Assembly: GCA_026387165.1 (NCBI GenBank)
Contig: JAPLMG010000114.1
Span: forward strand, 1 to 38,237
Direction of reading: 5' to 3'
Source of the DNA: Candidatus Omnitrophota bacterium
GTDB taxonomy: Bacteria; Omnitrophota; Gorgyraeia; 2-01-FULL-45-10
Length of the DNA stretch: 38,237 nt
In this document: positions 13,950-22,900 of the stretch, piece after piece
How the letters are laid out: each line of letters begins with the position of its first letter
Position numbering within the stretch: position 1 is the stretch's first letter
The notes under the pieces: generated by a model
What the model was told of the DNA's origin: nothing
The model's database searches: none
What the model saw: only the letters and a program-made list of their open reading frames with translations
Made by a program: the position numbers and the translations under genes

Positions 13950-16900
13950 TTACAGCGCTGTGGCGACGGCTTCCCATGCTCTGCGCTGGTCATCTACTGT
14001 CTGCCAGTCGATGCGGCGGATCCTGAGGACTGTTTTAAAGAGTTCATTTATAATAGCGCGCGGGTCTATGTTATTATCGGCATCGACCATCGCCGCGATA
14101 AGATTTAAGAGCTCCTGGGACGGTTGGGTCTTTTCATCCTTTTCCATACTGCGCACATATTCCAGGATCTCGAACCCGAGCCCGAACTGCGTCACAAGGT
14201 CCGGATTGGCTCCCTGCTCGATCTTCTGTATCTTTATCGACGCGTCAGGCGCATCGATATTAATACCATTGGCCCTGAAATAATCCTTCGCCATATCGAA
14301 ATATTTATGCAGGTCTTCCGGCAAGAGTACCAGCGCCCTGGGCTCCTTATTTGCCGGATCTCTTACAGATTTTATTATGCGGTCGATGAATTCTTTCAGT
14401 TCTTCCCAACTGTTAATGCCTTCTCCGATAATCGATTGCGCATATAATTTATATGGATATTGCTCCAGCCTGCCCCTGATTTCCTGTATCGGCCGGCGCG
14501 CTCCGTTCGATTCGCCGGCGCCGGCTATCTGTACGACTATATTCACATGCTCTGTCTTGTCGATAGTGCCTAATCCGTCGACCATCACAGCGGTCCTGAG
14601 CGCCATCTCGAGCTCGTTTCTCATCGGCTGTTCAAGGGCCCGGATATCGGAAAGGATAGCGTGTATGGCATCGGGGCCCTTTGATACTTCGTCAGGCTCA
14701 GTATCAACCCTGAGCTTTTGCCGAAGGGTTGATTTGTCATCGCCGACAAGAGCCGCCATCTTTTCCTTCATCTCCTTCACAAGCGCCGCGCGGTCGATCG
14801 CGGGCTCCTCTGTTAACGGAACCGGCTCATCTATCACCGGTTTAATTGAAAATTCGCTGACCTTGGGGTATACAAATGAAGTTTTCGGGCGCGGCCTATG
14901 CAGCTCTTCGACATATCTGTAGATCCTGCGAAAGATCTGCGCGGCCGCTTCGGCTTCGGACTTTCTTTTGACCGCTTCGGACATCTCTAAATTATCCTTT
15001 ACGCTGACAGGCAGCCTGGATGTGGCGTTCGTAAGCGTCCCTTTGAAAGAATTGCTGGAGCTCTCCCATCCGAAATCCCCTATCATTATAAGCTTCTGCT
15101 GCGCTCTTGAGAGCGCGACAACGAGACGGTTCATGTTCGCGAGAAAACCTATGTCATTACTGCCATTACTCACCACGAACGGATATATTACTACCTTGTT
15201 CTCTCCTCCCTGGAACGAATCTATCGTCTTTATATCAAGAAGGTCGTCCTCTTCGTCGAATGTTCGAAGTTCCTCAAGCGCTTTTTGCGGAAGTTCGTGG
15301 CTGTCTATAAGCTCTTGTATGAAGCCCTTTAATGCCGACTCTACTCTGGCTCTCATCTCTTTGTACGGAGTGACTACTGTAATATCCTTTACGCTGTAAA
15401 GTCTGCCTTTATCATTTCTGATGGCAAGCATCTTTCCGAACCATGCTACTACCATGTCGATTTCGTACTCATTGTAACGCGACCTGCCCTGTTCTTCTTT
15501 TCTTTCAATGGCGCCTTTTTTCCCGTGCGTATCGTAGATCACGACGGTATCACGCGATAATTTTTTGTTCGGTTTGCCCGGCACGAGCTGACCATCGTAA
15601 AATATGTTGAGCATGTTGACTATGGCCCAGTGAGAACGCCTGTTTATGTCGAGAAAGTGCTTATCTATATTCTCCCTGTATAGGTCCCTCCGCCATAGTT
15701 TTTCAAACGGAGAAACGCCGTAATCATGCACCCTGACAGGGTGAAACACATCGTTAAGCCTTGCTCTTGCTTTTGCCCGCTCCGGCTCTGTAGGTTTTGT
15801 ATCGGCGAGCTCTCTTTTACACTCGCTTATCTTTGCATTAGTAACGCCGTGAGGCCTCAGCTGCTTATGGTCCCCGACCAGGACTATCTTTACGTTTTTA
15901 CCCGCGTCGAGATACTTGAGAGCTGCCAAGACCTGCGGCAATGTGGCTCTCGCCGCTTCATCTATCACTATCACGTCATACTTCAGGAAAAATCTGTCAT
16001 CTTTACTCAGGCTCCTGATGTCATTATCTATCATAAATCCTTCGAGCGTGCCGAGCACCAGATAGCCGGTTCCTTTTTCCCGGTAATCATCCTGAAATTT
16101 TCTAAGTATATTGCGCTTATCTTCCCATATCTTCATTATGTCATCCGCTATCTTTTCATCTCTGCTCGCTACTCTCGCGAATGTCACGCCCGCCGCGGCA
16201 AGCCTGCGGCCTATGGCATCCACCGCGGGATGAGACGGAGATAGATTGAGCACCCTCATGCCTTTGCCCGTCTCGTCCTTTACCGCGTCGAGAAGGAGCT
16301 GCCTGTCGCATTCGACGATACAGGTTGTCTTCCCTGTGCCCGGAGGCCCCTGGCACAGCGTAAGCGGGGCGCTTAAGTCCACGGCGTTATATATGAATCT
16401 TCTCTGTTTTTCGGCTTTAGGGTCGGAGAAACTCCTGTAAAGGAGAGGCAGCTCGCGGCCTCCGAGAGAGACTGACGGCCTTAAACCAAGTATCATATCG
16501 CATTCTCTTGACAGCGTAAGCGGATCGTCGCCGATTTTGGATGTCATGTTATCCGATATACTGAGTTTTAACCTGTTTAATGTGTCGGAGACCGCCTCGA
16601 ATTGAAGCCTAAGAGGTATGTTGGGAAGAAGCCTCATCGTCCCGGATTTGGGCAACTGGCTCAATATAGTCGCGATCCTGTCCCTTTGCCGCTCGATGAT
16701 CCGGAACCTCACGGAGCCGCCGTCGTTTTCATTTAATTCAACCACCTCAAACTGTATATTGTCTTTCTGCCCGGAGCTGTCGAGCATGACAAAAGTATCT
16801 CCCGGCGAGAATATATCCCGTATGCGCATTCCGGCCATGTTCTTTATGTTTGACCTTCTCAAAGAAAATCCCATATTAGATTCGGTTATAGTAATCCCTT

Positions 16901-19900
16901 CAAAGCTGACATCCTTCCTATGCTCCTGCTTGTTCTTTTCTACGTCATAAAGAGCGCTGAGTATCTGAAGCTGCGCGGACAATTCGAGATATACTCTTGC
17001 CAGGTGAACATTTGTGTCTATCTCTTCGCGGGAGGGCAGGTCGAGTTTCTCGCGATAACAATGATCCATTATGTCTTCCAGCCCGGAAAATATTCCGAGG
17101 GCAGCATAGTAATAGGCCTTCGCGTCAGGGTAATTCGCCCCCCTCTCCTTATCCTGCCAAGCGCCTTTAAGCCTTAAGCCCTCGGTGTAAGCTCTTAAAA
17201 ATACCCCCGTCAGCATGGTCTTCACTTCCGCGCCGCCGCGGACCGCTTCATACTTCGAAATGGCCTCCTTCATGGGAGCCATCGCGGTTTCGATATCTGA
17301 GACCGCGGCCCTCACGACATCTTTCTTAGAAGCGCTGTTTTTCAGCGCGTTTAGCCATTCGTCTAAGGAGCTGCGGGTTTCGGATAGCTTCTTGACCACC
17401 CACTGCATCGCGTCGCGGCATTCGGTTTCAATCCCGGCGGCGATCTTATCGCCCGGGAACATCTTCCGAACCTCTCCTGCAAGGCCGATAGCGCCGTTGA
17501 ATTGCCCGGAGGCGGCAAGGCCCTCTGCCTTCCTTACGGTATCTATTCTTTTTGTGAAAGCGCTTCTTTTACGTTCGTTATTACTGCCCGCTATATGAGC
17601 CAACGCGCCATCAAAGTCTCTGCTGCAATATAATTCCTCCGCTTTACAATAGATATCCAGCTCCGACATAAGGTCGTCCGATGGTTTAAGGGGGTAGCCC
17701 ATTCCGATTAATTTATCGCGGTGATCCCGGGCCTTGCTGAATTTTTTATCATTAAAAGCCGCCGTAGCCGACCTGATAAGGTCCTCTGCCCTGGTGATAC
17801 TCTCCGCCATATCCGTTAACTGCTTCTTCAGGTTCTTAATATCTCCGTTGCCATCAGGTTTAAGAAAGGCGCGGCGCTTGAGGCATTCGAGGCCTTCATC
17901 GATCTCGCTTTTCGCTTTTGCCGGATCTCCCTCGGCAAAATGCGAGCCCGCGCTCGCAATATGCCTATTTATAACGTCGGCCCACGAGTCTCCCTGCAGG
18001 CGCTCGTCTTCGACCGACTCTATCGCTTTACTTATCGCTTTTTCAAGCTCACTGTCTCTTACTATTTCTCTAAACTCTCTTAAGAATGGCGCTTCCTCAC
18101 CGCCGCCAAGATTTTTCAGGACCGGCAATGCGAGCATGAGCGATCTTTTGTGTTCGGTGAAGAATTGCGGGTCGTTAAAATTCGCTCTGATCATCTCCGT
18201 GATCCTATCGGCCGCCGCCCTGCTCTTAAGGCGCGTAACAAAATCGGCCGCGATCTCTGCCGAGCCATCCTTCCCATCGGCGGAAATTATGATCCCGCCG
18301 GCGACCTTCTCGACATCTTCCCTGTTTAACACATTATTAACATGATATATGAGGCATCGCGCTATGTCCGTGCGCATCGCCTCCAGCAATAGCTCTCCGG
18401 CCTTTTGCGTATCACCCGCCTTGCAGGCAAACAGGGCTTGCAGGTAAAGGATCGACGTAGTGGGAGCGATGCCCTCGGAGTGCCGCATAAACGCCTCCGC
18501 TTCCGCCGCGAACCCTTCTTTCATATTGGGGAAGCGCTCTGCCTGGCACGCTTTGGATTGAGCCAATCTGCCGGCGGCTTCCGCGAGGATCGCGCGGTCC
18601 TTCGTGGTGTCCATTAATTCTTGGGCTAAAGCGTCTCCTCTTCTAAACATTTCGAGCGCTCTTTGCGTATTGCCGGACATGTGTTCGCGCACCGCTTGCC
18701 TTGTACACATATTCACGACGGTCAGTTTTTGACCCTCGCTGACTATGGGCAGGATCGCGTCCATAATGGCCCATACTTTATTGTATTCATTCGTCATGAA
18801 GCAAGCGGAGGCCGCCATAGACAGGACGCTGATCTCGCTGGGCGATAGCGAATCGAGCTCCGGTATCGAGCCGATATCATAAGGTAGAAGCGCGATGGCC
18901 TCCTCCACACACCTCTTTGCGTCCGCGAAAGAGGGGCCCTCGTCAGAAGGCTCCCTGTCATAGACCGCCAAATAATAATGCCTGCTCAGCGCCATTAAAA
19001 AATTCATTCTCGTATCCGCCGTCATTTTATCAAAATTTTCCCCGAGTTTTTTTCGCACTTCTTCAAGCTTCTCTCTCGCGGCCCGATGCGACCTGTACTT
19101 TCCGATAATTTCCGCCGATGTAACCGCGAAGTCGGCGATGCGATCATTATCGAACAGCTCCGTATTGCTCTGCAGTATAGCAAGAGCGGTATCTCTCTGT
19201 TTTAGCGCGCCCTCATCATCGCCCATATTTATAAGGCACATGGCTAAACCGTAATACGCATGAAATAGCAGCTCCGGATCGACGTCCTTGCGGCGCGTCC
19301 AGTCTAACATGCCGTATAAACCGATCGCTTTTTTAAAGTGCCCTGACGCCTCCTGCCATTTTGAGTGATTGATCAAGCTCGTTCCTTTAAATGTGTGGGA
19401 CGCGACAACGAATGGCTTCAAGGTCTTGCCGTAAGAGTTGTTATCGGAGACCTCAACCATCGCGTCTGTCACCAGATCGGCCAATCTGGTAATATTAAAA
19501 GAGCCGCTTCCCGAACTTAATAGCGGCCCATCGACATACTGGCCCTGTATTTGTAAACATACATCCCAGTCCCCCGCTTTAAAAGCCCTGCGGTACTCTT
19601 GCGCTATGGAGAGCCTCCGCTCTTCCGCTATTCCCGTTACCTCGTCTATAAAAGATTTTATTTCGGGATTTGAATAATACTCTCCGTTTTTCTTCATATC
19701 TAACAGCGCGTCCTCGGCCTTATCGGGATATACGCCGAAGAAGTATCTCAAAACATTAAATGCCCTTTCGAACTTGCTGTCATCGGCGTTATGAACGCCT
19801 GCCTTCAGGATATCAATGGCGGCCTTAAGCGCCTTATCAGGAGATACGTTGATGAGAAACGTGGCCATATTTGTCAATGTTTCCTTATCAAGGGACTCTT

Positions 19901-22900
19901 CATTAAGGACAAGAGAGATATGCAGGTTTTCGACTTTCTCCCGATTATAAAAATTCAACTGATGGCACCGCAGCGCATCCCCCATGCCGCTCAGTGTATT
20001 TACGCCCCTGAAAGCCTCTATTAGCCGCCTTGTATCACCATCGGATGGGGCGGACTTTTCTGAAATAATGGAAGCTAAAACGTAATAAGTGAATGCCGCT
20101 GCATCTAAAGACGCCTCGGGCAGTATGCTCAGGGCGGATTCCCGGTCTCCTTTATATAAAAATATCTGCGATCTCGCTATGTCACAGGTCTTTCTGCCGG
20201 AACTTCCGGGCTGGGTATGGGCCGCGACCGTTTCGAGCAAGGCTTCGGCATCCGCGTATGCTTTTGCCGCCTCGTCGGGCCTGTTATTTCTCGCGTAATA
20301 TAACCCGAGATTGGTCAGCGCATAGACCAGGCCGACCCGTCTTCTCTGGCCGACATTGCTCAAGATGTCGCTTTTCATCAGATATCTGATTTCATCTTCC
20401 AGGCCCTCAAATTCTCCGCATAATTCGCATGCCTCGGCATGTTGAATATGCGCCTGCAAGCTGTCCGGATTGGACCTCAGGTAATGCCCGACAAGAATTA
20501 AAAGCGACTGCCATGATCTTGTGGATATAAACAACTCGCGCTGGATGTTGTATAATATTTCCTTTGCCTCATCATAAAACGGATCGCCCTTTATAAGTTC
20601 GATCTCTTCCGGTAATTTCAAGATAATAGGACTTACCCCGCCATAATCATTCACGGACAACATCCTGGATATCAGGTCCAACGTGGCCCTTATGTAGTAT
20701 GTGTCTTTTTCCCGGGATATCTTCTGCCTGAATTCTCCAAGAGAAGTGATATACAGCCTGATCCACTCCTTTGGGCGGTTCTCTTTTATGCAATCCCATA
20801 AACCGTCAAAGGCCTCCAGCCCGATTTTTTTGGCTTCCTGCCTGGCGGCTCCATTTGATAAAGCAAGAAACCTGCTAATATCGGGAATTTCTGTGTTGTA
20901 GTGTACGGCTGCCGCTATAATAGTTATTTTTTTTGCTTCTCCTTCAAGCGCTTCGCCTTCCTTTTTAAGCAGCGTCGCATAAGCTATATGGGCTCCCATG
21001 AGCGTTGATGCCCCGGCATTTAAAAGCCCGGCCCGCTCGCTGTCTGAGGCAATAATGGCCTCGCACATCTTGTGGCCTGCCGCTATTTCATCCGCCGTTA
21101 AAGGGCCGTCCTTTCTTGCAAAATAGCGTATTATGTCTAAGTAGCGCCTGACCTCGCTTTTCCACGCCTCGTTGTCTATCAAAATATTTTTCAGAACGGC
21201 CGCCGGGTCTGCCGGCACTGTCGCGAGAAGCGTTTTGCACTCTTCCGCGGATACGGGCCCGTTTAAACTAGCCGGTGTCATATTTCTACTCAGCGCAAAC
21301 CTGTTCATCAGGTGGTGGAGGCTCGCGTTTATCGCGAAGAATATGGCTGAAGAGGGCAGGACGGATAGATTGAATTGGGATATCGCTATTGCTGTAATAA
21401 TTGATATGGCTGTTACTGCCAGAGGGGTTGCAAGCGTGTTAAGTAGGACCTCGGTTTCCGGGGGGGAGCGGCCTTCGTTATCAAGCCGGTGGTCTTCAAT
21501 GTATTTTGCTCTGTTAAACGGATAGTGCAATATTACGAATACCAGGTTAAATATGTTGAGTATATATCCTCCCAGATACAGGCTTAAGCCGTAGAACCCC
21601 GCCCTGGCGGCTTCTTCTATGGGTGGAGCCAGATAGAGGGCGGGATTTCTGCCGGTGCCGATGAGCGAAGCCGGCGCCGTGCCCTGCGGCTGCGCTGTCG
21701 GCGCTGATGGTCCTTCATGAGCATAATCTTGCTCAGGAACCGGCAATCCTCCATCTATTCTTTCTTGCCTTCTTTGCTGATCCTGCGCTATGTGTTCTCG
21801 AAGTCTGTCTGCAAGTTCTTTGTATCGGCCTTCGTCCAGCCTGAGTCGTCCCTGGGATACTTCTGTTGTGGATGCCTCATCTTCTAATGTTTCGTCAAAA
21901 ACAAGAAGATGGCCCCCCTCCGCCTCAACTGCTGTTTGTATTAACGCCTTCAGCGCTTTTAACGATTCTCCAAACGCACGCAGTTTTGCTCTTAAGATTT
22001 CCACTGCCTCCGGCTTGATCTGCCCATTACGAAGCTTACTGCCAAGGTCTATCGCCTGGTTTACGGCTTCTTCCATTTCAACTTCCGCTCTTTCTTGTAA
22101 TTCCCATAATTGGAACTTTACATGATATCTTACCTTTTCTATTTTTTTTGCTAATTCTGATGGAACAGGAATAAATTCTATTTTAGCCGGAATCTCGTCA
22201 CCATTTTCATCTTCAAGGGTTAGGGCTTTTAAAAGTTCTGCGAGTCCGGGTACAGAATTAAGCGTTGGTTTTTTTGAAGGATCCAATGCCCACTTGAGGA
22301 GGTGCCTGTCCATTTCCTCTTCAAGAGTAGCATTCACTGTCCTGAGTTGTTCCAATAATTGCATTATTTGACTTCTTAAGTCACTGAATCTGGCCGCGTA
22401 TTGCGCCATCATCCTTACGCCTACATCCGCAAGCCTTTCGCCTGTTACACTTGCCTCATAGTTAAGCATGGGCGTCGGGCCATTCAATGCGTTAGCGAGG
22501 ATAATATGTTCCACCATCCTGGCTAATCCGTGCGCGTCTTCGCCGTTAATCCTTTCAAGGCCGGGGGTAGCATTATGTGATTCAACATATCCGGCCATAT
22601 ATTCATGCGCCAACTTAAGAAGCGTCTCTGTATCTCCGGCTTCTATGAGTTTCCAGTCACTTTCTCTTATAACAATTATTTCCTGCTCGGGAAGGGGAAG
22701 AGGCCGATATCCCACTGCCGGCTCCCTAACTCTTACCGGTCCATTGATTCCTTTCATAGCTTCGTGAGAATCGGGAAGAATATAAATCCTCGGAGCAAGA
22801 TAACGCCTTATGCCATCCTTCCCAAACTCTGGGCCAATGACTTCCTCTACGGCTTGTTTCACCGCTCGGCCTTGTAATGACACATTCTCTATATCATAAT

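Noticed and set aside
6304-14300. Possible shared C-terminal motif between the two giant proteins (TPIKPYDISESARINRLQ versus LRIRRIDWQTVDDQRRAWE).
   Set aside because: The similarity is limited to a few residues and cannot be distinguished from chance by eye. It would need profile or structure comparison before it could be claimed.
22560-22600. HEYMAGYVESH in the 3758-aa protein as a zinc-metalloprotease HExxH motif (nucleotide position approximate).
   Set aside because: The spacing is not HExxH (H-E-x8-H) and no downstream third ligand motif was seen. It is most likely fortuitous.
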